Positions 10,121 to 22,900 of a DNA stretch of 64,000 nucleotides are shown here, piece by piece. A program made the translations under genes and the position numbers. The stretch is from Lama guanicoe (lineage: Eukaryota), in NCBI GenBank assembly GCA_013239625.1, contig MU053431.1, positions 558,001-622,000 on the forward strand, written 5' to 3'. How positions within the stretch are numbered: position 1 is the stretch's first letter; every line of letters starts with the position of its first letter. A model generated the notes under the pieces. That model did no database searches and was not told where the DNA came from. It saw nothing but the letters and a program-made list of their open reading frames with translations.

Positions 10121-11109
10121 TCTCACACTGACCCGGGGTAGCAAGCTGGGGAACCTGCCCTCACCGGCCCTGCAGAATGCCTCGCGTCCCACCCCCACGC
10201 AGGCGTCCTGCGGAGCCCCGCGCCGTGCAGGAGTGCCCCTGGCCTTTTAGCAGGCTCTCAAAGACAGTGTGTGTCTGAAAGCAAGCGCTCAGAGTGGCTG
10301 GAGATGAGTACTCCGCGTCTGCATTTTATCCCAGGAGTGAATGCCGCTCCTTCAGAAGTGGAGAGAGCAGGCCTTTCCCAGGTGTCCAGGCTCTGGGCGC
10401 CCTGGGATGGGAGCTGTCCGAGGTGCCAAGTGGACTCTGGGTTCGGAGTTCCGTGAAGGTAGAACAGTCCCCTTGCTGAGCTGCTGTTTGCCCTGAGTAG
10501 CCCTTCTGGCTTTGCCTCCACAAATCCAGCCACTTGCCCGCCCATCTGCTCTGCCTGATCTTGACTGATTGTACAAACTACAGTCTGGGTCCAGCTGTCT
10601 GCCTCTGCTTTTGTCCCAGCTGAGACTCACTCTCCAAACACCATTTTTCTGGCCCCAGCTCAGTGCCTTATTCAGGCTTCTTTGGCAAAGAAAGTGCAAA
10701 CCCCATAGGATTTGACGCAAATAATCGTTTCAGGCAGTAGCTCTAACATAGCTGGAAAAGCCTCAGTGCCGCAGCCACGTGTACACTCAAGTCAGTGCTG
10801 GGGTGGGTGGCAGTGTGACCAGGAGCCTGGATTTCTCCCGGCAAAAAGGAGTCAGTACCCACATGGAGATGATCAGGGAAGCCTCTACCAACAAGACAGC
10901 ATTTAATCCAACGCCAGAAGAATGAGATGGGGCCACGGTGGGGTTAGATCCCAGGGGGCAGGTAGGAGAGTGGGTGGAGACGAGGCTGGGGGACGTATAA
11001 TGACCACCCTGGGAAGGAAACAGACACAGAGAGAAGGAGTAATTATTTTAGCCAAGGACATTAACTTAGTGGTCACAGGAGGGTGTCTAATATCAAGATG
11101 TCTACTAAT

Positions 11110-11260
11110 ACTTAAATACCCATTTATTTGCTTATTTGTTCATTTTCTCTCTCCAAGTAGACTGCAGTCTCTGTGAAGCCAAGGGCAGTCCCTTGGTGTT
11201 CCCACCACGCCTAGAACAGAACTGGCATGTGCCCCCCTCCCCCCGAATATCTGTCGTGTG
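11110..11260 (+). mobile_element. L2 3' end
   Basis: ttatttgcttatttgttc...tagactgcagtctctgtgaagccaaggg...cctagaacagaactggca. Confidence 0.65.
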
Positions 11261-12194
11261 AGAAAACAGGAAAAGTGAATTATATGAATATACGTTGAAG
11301 ACAAAATGATTTCTGGTGAGCAGGCCAATCAGAAAATTAAGGCTTGTGGGCTGATCAGTGGGGAATCCTGGTGGGGGGGGGTCACACCGGAATACAACTT
11401 CCCATTCAGCTACGGCCCTCTGGACGAGGCGGAGCAGGACAGCTTAACTTGTGGGGGTCCCCTTCCCCCTCCCTGCCTCTACAAGGTCTCCAATAATTTA
11501 GTGCAATCTTTTCTTCTTATTAGTGCAAGTTTTACATAACAAAGTCATTATCCAAACAGTTTAGTGTATGTGGGGACACAGCATGAACTGAATGGCTAAC
11601 TCTCCTTCCCTAGAGACGGTCTGCCTGCTTATCTCTAGCACAGGCGCTTGGCACAAAACCACAGGAATGTTTTTTGTAACTCTTGGTGGTTACCACCTTT
11701 ATCCCTTATGCCTGCAGGCTGTCCCATAGGAAGAATTTAGGGCCCTCGTAAACATCATTTGACCATGACTTCTGATCTGGGATGGTGCCCAGCAGAGAAC
11801 AGATGTTTAACAAGCATTCGATAAATGAAAGGAAGAATTTACTAATCACACTGTTCTTTGCAAGGCCCTTCACTAGGCATTGGGACTTTGAAGTTCTCAG
11901 AATAGGTGATGACCAGTTGAAGAGGGTGAAACAAATTCATGCACAAATAAAACAGCAGGCAGAATAATCTCAGGGTCGTAATCAAGTGTACAGAGCAGGG
12001 CAGTGGGTCACGGGTGTCGTGACAACCTCGTCTGACCCTTGTCCTTCATTCTGTTCTCAGAGCTGGGGAAGGCACGTGACGTGTTTGTAGGCATCAAATA
12101 AATGCTAGCTGCGTGAACAATAATCAAAATTATCATTTCTCAGGAAAATCCACCTGGTGTTTGAGCAATGTCTGTCTTGACTACTTCAAGTACA

Positions 12195-14480
12195 GAACAC
12201 TTTTTTTTACATGATCGACTCCTAGGGTTATAGAAAAGTTGAGAAAATGGTGCATAGAGTTCCCGTGTACCCTACTCCAGTTTTCTCTATTATTAGCATC
12301 TTGTTTTGCGTGGTACGTTCGTCGCAATTAGTGAACCAACATCAAGACACCATTCAGGCCATGCTTTACTCAGATTCCCTGATTTTTACCTAATATCTCT
12401 TTTTCCTGGTCTCAGATCCCACCCAGGACACCCACTTGCATTTGGTCGTCGTATCTCCTTGTGCTCCTCTTGGCTGTGGCGGGGTCTCCAGCCCTCCTTG
12501 CTTTTGACGACCTTGGCAGGTTCTAGGAGGACTGGGCAGGTGCGTTGGAGGCCGCCTCCTAACTGGAATTTGTCTGACTTTCTCTTGGTTGCCCTGGGCT
12601 GATGGGTTTTGGAAGGTCACACAGGTGACCATCGCAGCCTGTGAAGGGCACATGAAACCACCACGACGTCCCTGTCCATGCCGACTTTGATCACTTGGCT
12701 GAGGTCGTGTCTGTCAGGTTTTTCTGCTGTAAAGTGACTCCTTTCTCCCCACGTCCATACCGTGCTCTTTGGAAGGAAGTCACTGTGTGTAGCTCACACC
12801 TAAGGACTGGGGACTTAGCCCTGCTCATGAGGACAGAGTATCTACATAAATTGTCTGCAGTTCTCCTGCACAGAAGGTCTGTCTCTTCTTTCTTTCCTTA
12901 TTTGTCCATTTGTTTAATCAGTAACTTCCGTGGACTGACAGATGTTCGTGCTGTATCTGGCGCTCTGGCCCAGTTCTCCCTTACTTCCTGTGCTGTTCAT
13001 ACTGCTCCTGCGCTGACCACTGGGCGCTTTTCAGTTGACTCCTGTGCTCTTTGACTTACTTTCATTAATGGGATTTTAATTTTTTCTAGCACTCCCTTAC
13101 TTTCTGCCACTACAAGATGCTCCAGGCACATCGTGTGCAATGCCTGCGCCGTTCCCAGGGTAAGCCACCTTCCCGAGGAGGGCGCTGTGGAGACCAAGAT
13201 CCGGGCGCTGGGCGTGCTCACCGCTCCTGGTGCCGTTGCTGCCAGGCCCTCCCAGCTGGCCCAGCAAGGAAGTGCGTGCGTGTGTGCCAGCTCGTGTCTA
13301 TGGGCCTATCTAGAAGTATTTCCGAGAGTATTCCTCCGTGTCTGTGTTAAGCCAAACATGAGTTCACACTGATCTCTCCAGCTCTAATCCGTCACCAAAT
13401 CTGTTTATCTGTTCACCCACTGAGAGGCATCTTGGCTGCTTCCAGTTTTCAGCAACCACACACAAAGCTGCTGTAAACGTTCGTGAACACAAGTCTCCCA
13501 GCAACCGGGCAGGTAGGAGAACGAGGGCCGGGGGTATGCTGAGGCTTTCTCTGGCTGCCAAACCGTCTTCCCACGTGGCTGGCGCGCTCGGCAGCCCCAC
13601 CAGGAATGAAGGAGGGTCGCACTGTTCTGCAGCCGCGACGCGATCGTTGCTGCCTGTTACGCTGCAGTTCGGTCCTTTGAATGGGCGTGTGGTGGTGTCT
13701 CACTGCTGTAACTTTGAGCTCCACGATGGGAGGCGGTGTTGGGTCTGTTACTCGTGTCTTTACTGTGGGGTGTCTGTTACAATCTTTTACACGTTTTTTT
13801 AAATTGGGTTATTTTCTAACTTGTTCTATGGATTTTTGTATATTCTGGGCACAGATTCTTTATCAGGTGTGTGATTTGCAAATATTTCTTCTGGCACGTG
13901 GCTTGTTTTTTCATTATCTGAACAGTTGCTTTCACAGAGAGCATGGTTTTAATTTCAAGAGTTTCTGCTGTTTCAGAAAAAAACTCATTGCCGGGTCAAA
14001 GGTCACCCAGGTGGTCTCCACTGTGTCCTTCTGGTTTTATAAGTTTTATAGTGATCTGTTTTATTTTTATTTTTAACCCATTTTCTTTTAGACCTATGAT
14101 CCATCTTGAGTTAATGTTTGCGAAAGATGTGAGGTCTGTGTCTGGGTTTATTTATTCCCTTAATCTTCACGCACGGACGTCCAGCTGTTCCGGCCCCGTT
14201 TGCTGGAAGGACTGTCCTTTCTCCACTACGCTGCCTGTGCTTCTTTGCCGAAGATCAGTTGGCCAGTCTGTGTGAGTCTGTTTCTGGGCTCTCTGCTCTG
14301 TTGCATTGATCCCTGCATCTGCTCCTTCGTCACGGCTGCTCTGTCTTGGTCACCGCCGCTTTGAGGGGAGCCTCGAGGTCGGGTGCCGCAGTCTCGCAGC
14401 CCCTTTTCCTCAGCGCTGCGCTGGCTGTTCTCGGTCTTCTGCTTTCCGTATAAACTTGAAAATCAGTCTGTTAATTTTTA
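12195..14480 (-). mobile_element. L1MC/MD-type element (3' UTR plus ORF2 end), antisense
   Basis: 3' end ttatagaaaagttgag...agagttcccgtgtaccc; ORF track 13364..13600 gives LCSRTFTAALCVVAENWKQPRCLSVGEQIN (L1 ORF2 C-terminus). Confidence 0.9.
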
Positions 14481-14484
14481 TAAA

Positions 14485-14580
14485 ATAAAGAAGAATAAAT
14501 TAATGGCTGAATAAGGAAAGAAAGAAGAAAAAAGATGGAAAAAAAGGAGGAGGGAAGGAAAGGTAAATGTCCAGTGCAGA
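14485..14580 (+). repeat. Purine-rich (GAA/GGA) low-complexity tract
   Basis: aaggaaagaaagaagaaaaaagatggaaaaaaaggaggagggaaggaaagg. Confidence 0.7.
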
Positions 14581-14644
14581 AGACTTAAGACGGAGAGATA
14601 GAGTTGTCAGTGTAACTGTAGGTGTAGGTGTAGGCGTAGGTGTA

Positions 14645-15265
14645 GAAGATTCCCCCCTCAGGTGTGTGGGGTAAACCTCCCCACTCTTCAGGTATGAGGC
14701 ATGCATAGTGACTCTCTTCCAGAACCTATGAAAAGTTGGAGGAAAAGTAATTTCATGGTGCAGAAATCCAACAAACACGACCGGGTGATCGGGGCTGTGG
14801 ATGTCAAGCTGATAGAGCGCACGCTTGGTAAGATGTGATGAGGACGGCACTGTGCCTCCGTGGTCGCCTCTCCAGAAACCCCTAACCCCACGCTAACCCT
14901 GCGAGAACAAAAGCAGCAAGCAGAGCCAGATCGAAGGACAGTCTATAAAACACCCAACTGGCAGGTCTCACACTGTCAAGTTACTAGAAAATCAGTCTGG
15001 AAAACTGTCTGTCCAGAGGGACCGAAGGAGACACGATGGCTAAGTGTGCTGCGCTGTCCTGGATGAGAGCTTGAGACAGAAAGAAGGACACTGGGCAAAA
15101 ACAAAGGAAGTGTGAAAAATACACACTTCAGTTAATAACAGCGCATCAGTGTTGGTCCGCTGGTCGAGACAAACACGACGCGCTGAAGGTGTTAACCAGC
15201 GTGTGGGACGTGTGGGGACTTCCTACTCTCAGGGCACAAAAGTATCCCAAAATGAAGGCTTACTG
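14645..15265 (+). mobile_element. L1MC-type 3' UTR
   Basis: Reverse-complement homolog of 12250-12850 (catagtgactctcttccagaa; cctaacccc; aggacactgggcaaaaac); preceded by about five (TGTAGG) units at 14618-14646. Confidence 0.8.
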
Positions 15266-16089
15266 GAGAGGAAGTGTGGGAGCATCTGGGACTTGGCTCC
15301 GCTGGGAGCTCTAGGCGGCAGTCGAGAGCGCCCCTTAGGTGGCCGCACCTGGGAGGTGAGGAAGCCGGGGTGTTCGTCCGCCGGCGCTGCCCCGGCACCT
15401 CCAGCCTGACCCGACTATGGGCTCAGAGAAAGCGCCGGGGCTTCTGTTTCCTCTCTTCTCTTTCCAGTGGAGCGGCAGCCCTGCTGCTTCTGAGAAAAGC
15501 GACCCAAACTACACCTAGCGTATCCCTTGTAGAAACCTCATTGTCACGTTCACTTCAAACCCATGCTGCTCAGCGTCCTCTGAGGAATCTGAAGTGGCTC
15601 CGTGTCCCCTGAGCAGACACCCGGCCCTCCCGCCCAGCCCAGGGCTCGGAAAGGGGCAGCCTCCCAGCCCCCCGGTGCTCCGTGGGGGAGCGGGCTCCCT
15701 GCCCGTGAGCACCTGGAAGCCCGGGCTTCCCAGCAGCCTCTTCAGGGAACATCTCCGTGGGGGGAAGAGCAGCCCCACGCTGGGGGAAGTGTCAGGTGAT
15801 GATCGTGAAAGGAGAATGGAAGCAGGCCCTAATTCTCAGGAGAATGGGAAGTACGGCGTAGAAGTGCCCTGGTCTTCAGAGCGGCTGAGCCTTCCCGCTG
15901 AAGCGCCTGCTTGACCGCATGAAAGCCGTCTGTGTGTGAAGCCGGCCGCCCAGAGCGCTTCCTCTCAGACTGTCTCTTTCTGATCCCTTTTGCCTTGTCT
16001 TATTTCTCTTCTCCTGTTTGCTTATAACGTATGCCTCAAGATGCCCCAGGCTCTGCTCATCCAGCCCCTCCTGTAATCCACCAACTTGG

Positions 16090-17250
16090 TCTCAAAACTG
16101 CATTTTCTTGCTCAGGTTGTTTCCAGCTCTGGCCCCTGGGCGCCCTGTGACGTCTCCCTGTCAGTGTGGCTGTGGCGTGGCCTTGCTGAGCGTCTCCTCG
16201 GGTTCCAGCTCCACGAGGAGCTCCAGGCTGACTCGACTGTCCCCTGCCCCGGTCCTGGATCAGCCGCTCCTCCCGAGGGGTCGTGGTCCCTTTTACTGGG
16301 GAAAGGGGCAGGACCCGTAGCTGGCACCAGCGTGCTCGCCTTTGCTGAGCTGTCGCTCGCTGACGGAGCAGGATTCTTGTGCGTGTACGAATCTGCGTGC
16401 ATTCACGTATCTACAGATACTTCGAGATGTAACCACCTGCATCTTTACTAAGGCAAACCTGAGTTCACCCTGATGTTCCCAACTCCGATCCTTTACCACG
16501 TGGGTCGTTCGGCCCTCCCCGTGCTCACCTGTAATCTCCCTCCCCAGCAGCGAGCACCCTGGCGCCGGCGTCTGCCGCCCCGCGAGGTTACCGCTCAGAG
16601 CCAGGGCTCGGGCCCAGTGGACCCGTTGTCGCGAACTCCACACCCACACAGCTCGTCGCCTGCCTTCCTTCCCTTTCTCGCTGTTCCGCTCTCTAGCTGT
16701 GCCTCCTGGGGTCACCGCCATCGCCTCCGGAGTGACCCGCTTGCTCTCACATCCTCCTCCCGGGTCTGCTCCTGGAGGAGCCCACCTAGGACAGCGCACT
16801 GGAGACCTGGGAGGGTTTCCAGGCCGTCTGTTCTCAGGGTGATCGGGAGGTTTCTGCCTGCGCCTGCGCCTGCGCCTGAGCCTGACCTGGCTGCCGGTCT
16901 CCCGTGCCCTGCGGGCTGGCTGGGGCGGTGCTGCGGGGGGCTCACTGCGGGCGCCCGGGGCTGCAACTGGGACGCTCGGCTTTGCTCCTCCCTTGCGCAG
17001 GCTCGTGGTGGCATCCTTCAATAACATGCTTTCTTCGCTTGGACACAAACCCTCCAGAACTCCCCCCGGATCACATCCCGTCAGCCCCAAACTCGTTTAC
17101 CCAAACGTGGCTTCTCCTTTTCTCACAGTGTTGGTTCTTCTCTGAGCCCCGACGTTATCCCCTGACAGGTCCCGCCTCACAGGTCGTATCGCTGAACTGC
17201 GCGCTCCGGGACACATCCGAACTCTTCTCTGCCGGGGCGTGCCTGCCCCT
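16090..17250 (-). mobile_element. L1MC3/4-type 3' region, strongly GC-shifted
   Basis: Colinear with 12980-13395 (aaacctgagttcaccctgatgttcccaactccgatcc vs aaacatgagttcacactgatctctccagctctaatcc); short (GCGCCT)n near 16857-16880. Confidence 0.75.
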
Positions 17251-18834
17251 TCTCCTCCCTCCTCAGCGGCTCTGCTCGCGTTAGGCCCCCTCACAGAAAC
17301 CCCACCCTCCGTCCCGCCGTCCACGTGCAGCTGCCCTTCCCTAACCCTCCCTCTGCCCACAGGGATTCTTGGCCTCCAAGCTTCTGCTGGGCTGACTCAG
17401 CACCGGAAGACCTGGTACCCAGTGACCAGCGGGCCGCTAAGTTACTGACGTGACCCTGATCCCGTGGCGGCGAGCACGTGGAGAGGAATTCTGAGACTGC
17501 CTCTGCGCTGACTGACACCAGTCAGATGTCTGCTTCTTGTGAGCAGCAGCCAAAGGGCGGAGCCATTGGTGTCTCGGCTCAAACTGTTTCATGTACCTTT
17601 TAATCTCGACTCTTATTAAACCGTGAGCTCCTTAAGCTGGTCCCTCCGTGATAGATGTTTTTCCCTCCTTTGTGTCCATAAGACCCATCAACCTAAACTC
17701 AGACTCGTTCATCTGAACTTAAAGCTGAGCCACGAGGTTCGAGCTCCCACGTATCTGGGGAGACAGCTCGTGAACCAAGTCGACTCTACACATTCGATCA
17801 GCCGAGAACACGCCTGTGTGTGCTGGCGGCTTACGGACAGCGGAGCGTGCAGATGGGAACACAGGGTACAGACCATCTCCCACCCTGGTCTCTGAGCCCC
17901 CTGCTCTGCAGCCCTCTCTCACACCACGCCGCACTTTATTATCCACCCTCCAGCCAATTTTCTTTAGAATCACAAAATAAATCAACAGGGAATGAGCACG
18001 TGCACTTGACCCTTTGGGGATATAATTTGAGCTGTTCTGATAATATATGAACTGAAGTTGTCCTCTGTGCATTGAGCCAACTCCAGCGACATCCATGGTC
18101 AGTGAGACCCCATTTCTGCGACAGAGCAGAATGCAATGCGACTGCTTCCATGCTGCCGTGAAAGGAAGCTTTCACTGGAAGAGAAGCCGTCGCCGGCGTC
18201 AACACCGAGCGTGTTCTCAAGGCCTTTCCTGAACTTCTCTCATGAAACGCATTTGTGAACATGCGTTTCATGATGATGTGTTACATATTAAACCCAGTGT
18301 AAGATTTAATCCACATTTACAGGGCAGCTTTGATTAATTTACTGTCGCACAGCTCCCTTTACAGGAACTTCTCGCGGCCGCACCAGGTATGGACCGGCGC
18401 CACGTCCTTCAGCGGTTTTCACCCACCCAGCATTGACAGTGAACTTGGCGACGCTTAATTCTCTCTAGGATCGGTGTCCCTTTCTCCTCTATTCTTCTCT
18501 GTCCCTTCGACGGGGCTGCTGTCTAATTCTGTCATGTCTCCGTGGACTCCTGTCTGGAGGCTGGAGGCATCGTTCAAGGATCAGCAGAGTATTGGACTTG
18601 GTATTTGATTTGACCTTGAACACTGTCTTGGTGGTAAGGGTGTTAAATACTCATTGCGTTCTCAAGAAGACTCCCCTGGGCTGTCCCCTCCTCCCCACAT
18701 CCCAAGGGCAGGGTGGAGGCTGGAAGGTCACCCTTGCCCAGGGCTCCACCCTCCAGAGGAGCCAGGAGAAACCTGGGCTGTACCGAGTGGGGCTAGTACC
18801 CCCGCCCCCATTTGCTCATTGTCTCAGTCACACG

Positions 18835-18975
18835 GGGCTGCATTTACTGAGCACCTGCTGCGTCCCGGCCCTGAGATGCACCCTGGGATTGCCGTGGACA
18901 GCATGGCCCCACACTCTCAGAGCTGAGAATCCGGGACCAGGTGGGGGACAGACACCAAAGATGACAGACAAGGAT
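18835..18975 (-). mobile_element. L2 3' end, antisense
   Basis: catttactgagcacctgctgcgtcccggccctg. Confidence 0.65.
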
Positions 18976-19569
18976 GCATTTGAGGGGTTTCCAGAGAGTG
19001 AGCCATGACGGAGCTCAGCCTCCATGTACACTTAGCCAGAAAGACGAGGGGGCGGCAGGGCCAGTAAGGGGGTCCCAGAGAGAGGGAGCCAAGGCCGGGC
19101 CCGGAGGGGGCCGCGTGGTGGCTGGGGAGGGTCCCAGCAGCACCCTGACTCACCTGCGGCTGCAGGAGAGGCGGGGTCCGGTGCCCCTGGTCAGGGGAGA
19201 AGGAGCAGGATGGGGGTGATGGTGGCCGCAGGAAGGGACGGGGGGGGCGGGGTGCTGAGCCCCTCCTGGAGCCTCAGGCAGGAGAGTGGCTGCTGGTCCC
19301 AGGAGCCCCCCCCACCCCACCCCCGGGGCTACGTCTGCAGCCGTCAGCAGCCGCTGAGCTTTGGGTCCCCCCTCCGGCCGCCTGTCCCTCCCCGTCCGCC
19401 CTGACTGTGTCTCAGATGCGTTCGCTGTCTCTTCCAAAGCAGGAGGACCCGCTGGCCCAGGAAGCTAAGGACCCTGTTGGAGGCCAGTGACCGGCCCCCT
19501 TCCAGGAACTGAAAATGCCCCTTGGCTTTGTTTTCACTTTTGCTCTCGTTTCTGTTCCTCTCAAGAGAG

Positions 19570-19960
19570 TGCTGCTGTTGCAGGAGCGCGCGTTTCCCCC
19601 CGCCCGCCTGCGGTGGGGCCGAGGGTCACAGACGCGGCCCGGGGCCCGCCGCCCGCGTCCCCCCCAGCTCTGCGGCAGGCTGGCTGGGACCCGGGCCCCA
19701 CACCGTGGGGTCCCGGCGAGTCCTGCTGCAGAGTCTCTCGGGAGAGCTTGGAGAGCGAAGCTACATGCAGCTTAAAGCTACATGCGCCTGGCCCGTGATC
19801 AGCGCCTCAGGGCGCCTGCCAAGGTTATTGCCAGGGACCCTGCTGGGAGGCCCGTGCATCAGCCACTAGGACCCCGCGCCACAAGGAAGCCACCGGGCGT
19901 GGCCCACACCCGTGAGACGCATGGAGCGCACGTGCGTGCGGGACGGAGCAGCGCTGAGGT
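19570..19960. promoter_or_regulatory. CpG-dense patch (possible weak CpG island)
   Basis: Dense CpG (gacgcggcccggggcccgccgcccgcgtcc; gagcgcacgtgcgtgcgggacgg); no clear core promoter seen. Confidence 0.3.
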
Positions 19961-22900
19961 TGAGGCCCCCCACAAGGCACTGCCGTTAGAGGGGAGGTTG
20001 CTACGGCTTCGGGCATGTGGAGGGCCCGTCCCCGCACAGGACCCTCGGAGGTGGGACTCTCCCACCCCTCCCCTGAGCCGCTTCTCCAGAAACCCTGCTC
20101 CTTCTTCTCAGGACGCACAAGTCTTCCCACAGAGAGGAGCTACGTGGGCACGTGGAGAGCAGGGCCGGGGCGCTCTCCTCGCATCCGCACGTGTCTGGGA
20201 CCACCTGCAAACCACCTGCTCCATGAGGTGCTGCTTCGGGCCCATCTTTAATCAGACTGGACTTCTCGCCCGTTTTCCCCAAAGGGCATGCGTCACGAGC
20301 TTTCCGACTGAACAGGACAATCTTTCCTTCCACAGCGGGAAGGCGGAGATGGGGACTTCTAACACCCAGGCTGGAGGAGCCGGAGGAAGGAGGAAGGCCT
20401 GGGTGTGAGGAGGGGGTCCTTAGCTGTGGCTCCCACTCCTTGTGCTCAGAACTGGTGTCTGCACCCCAGTCTGAGGCCCAACGCCAGTTTCATTAACCGT
20501 CCATGAACGGCTCGTAGATGATAATCTAGCCCATCACGGGAGCCCAGGGCATCCGAGTCCTCGGCACGCAGTCCAGGAAATGCTTTCCGCGTGTGGCCCA
20601 CCCGACTCGAGGCTCTCCAGCAGAGGGACAGACACTGCTTTTATATCGTGACTGTAAGCAGATGCAACATGGGTTTTCCTGGAGGTGGACTTTCTGCGGC
20701 TCCCCCAACTCTGCGCCCGTCAGTCTGTATTAGTTTTCTTAAACAGTGTCCCCGAGAGAGTGCGAGACCAGCAGAACGTGGGGACGGCCTTGTCGGGAGC
20801 CTCGAAGGGCGAGGAGGGGGCCTGATGGCCCCATACTCCGCTCTCCACGGGTTTTATAACGGACTTCAGTCAAGGAGGGGATGAGCCAGCGGGAAGAACG
20901 GCTCTGCCCGTCTCCCTTCTCGGAGCGAGTCCCTCCTTAGGGCCCGGGCTGTCACACACCGCGTGAGCTGTCACGGCACACAGTTTACGTTGCACGTTAT
21001 GGGGACAAACAGTTCGGGGTGTAGTGGGTGCCGTTGGTGCCCACCCAGACTGCTTTGACAGGCTGCCGCTCCCCCGAGCTGTTGGAGCTGTGGCTGCCGT
21101 CGGCCCCCGGTGCCCCATCCCTGCAGAATCGGCCTTGTGGGGCCAGGGCCTTCCGCCTCCCGAGAGTGGAGAACGACAGGCTGACATGGGGACCGTCGCT
21201 GGGGGCCAGCCCCGTGGGGCGTGTCCCGCTCAGGGGCTCCTGGGGAACAGGCTGAACCGCCTCCAGCCAAGACCACACCCCCGCTCTGCACCGTCTCCGG
21301 CCCCTCCTGCCTCCACCCCCTTTCTCCTGAGCGCTCCGGGGAACAGGCTCAGAGATAAACCGACCCGGAATCTGGACCAGTTTCTAGCGTTGAGTAGCTC
21401 TGTGATCTCAGGCAGATACGTCAGACTAGGAAGAGATTCTGGTTTCCTATTTGCAGGCTGTTTCTGGTCGCCAAGCCGTCCACACACACCCTGGCTCCCT
21501 GGTTATCGCTGTAACCCTGTGGGGCAGGTCGAGCAGGAGTGACAACCTCCAAGTACAGAGAGATCACGTGGCCGCGGGCAAGCCGTCTGCGGAGCCAGGG
21601 GTCCACCCCTGCCCTCCGACTCCCAGCCCAGGGCGCCCACCCTCCCGTCCGTCCTGCTCCCGGGGCGGTTGTGGAAATCGTGGCCATGGAGGCCCGGTTC
21701 CTATCAGAGCACTGGTGTAAAACTTGGGATAAACGGTAACAAGAGCAAGAGACTGCAGGCGGCGAGGACAGTGCTTTAAAGAAATGACTCAGCGTGAGTG
21801 GCCGGGAAGCCAGGCTGTGGCCTCCACAGCACCCGTCCCCCCGCGCCCCGTGCCCCTCCCCCAGAGCCCCGTGCAGGCTCCCGAGGAACCTGCTGAAAGC
21901 CCTATGAAGGGTCAGCCTGGCAGCACAGACACGTCTCTGGCACTTGCTTCTCTCCTGAGCTTCCAAAAAAAATACCTTGTAGCAAAGACACCCAAATGTG
22001 GGTGATGATCCACGAAGCCAAAGGGGATCCTCTGGCGCAGCCACTCCGACATTCGAAAGAGGCTGAGGAGGAGGCCGTGAGGGCCGCCCTGCCCCCTTGT
22101 CAGCTCTCGTCCCCAGGAGCTTCTGCATTTCTAGTTGTTTGCATCGGGACAGGTGCTGACTCGGCTCATTAAGACCACGACTCTGCTGGGACCACAGGCG
22201 GGTGCCGCGCTCCTGGGCTGGGCGGCTCACCTGAGGGTGAGCTCACCTTGTGCAGACCATCAGTCCTCTCCCCGCCTTTCCTCCTCCCACCTCTCCTCTC
22301 TTCCCCCCTCCCCCTCCAGCATCACCATCTTCCTCAGCGTCCCTTCCTCCGGCATCCTCCATTACCGGATTTTTCCTGACGGCCGTCCGTGGCCATTCCC
22401 ATCACTCTTCCTTGTTGACCTAACTGCACCGATTTTACAGATGATCTGCTGTTCTGGTCACACAACCTACCACCCCGTAGACGAGTCTAAATTCAAACCT
22501 GGTCCCCACACCTACCCAGGTGCCTCCTTCTGCACCTGCTGGGATCCACCCATCAAGTCGGGAGAACGTGGCCCTGGGCTGATCCAAGAAAAGGAACATA
22601 GCCCACCACACAGCGGGGCTGGAGAAAGGCTGGCAGCACCCGCGGGCAGCTGGAGCCCCGTCCACTTCCAGCTCCTCCGCAAAGACTTCGCCAAGAGCTC
22701 TAAGTGTCCTCGTTGTCAGAAAGTCCCCATCCTGAGCCCCAGGCCTGGGGGCGGGGGGCCCAACACATACCTTGCCCAGTGTGCTTGTGACACTAACCCA
22801 CACAAATCCAGCCAGCCCCTCGTAAGGGCTCTATCCCGCCAACCGTCCGCTAGGAGCGTCCCCAGCAGTGTCCTGTCAGCAGCAAGACACGGAATGATCC

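Noticed and set aside
18270..18340. C/D box snoRNA (ATGATGA at 18270-18276)
   Set aside because: No CTGA D box or terminal stem at a suitable distance.
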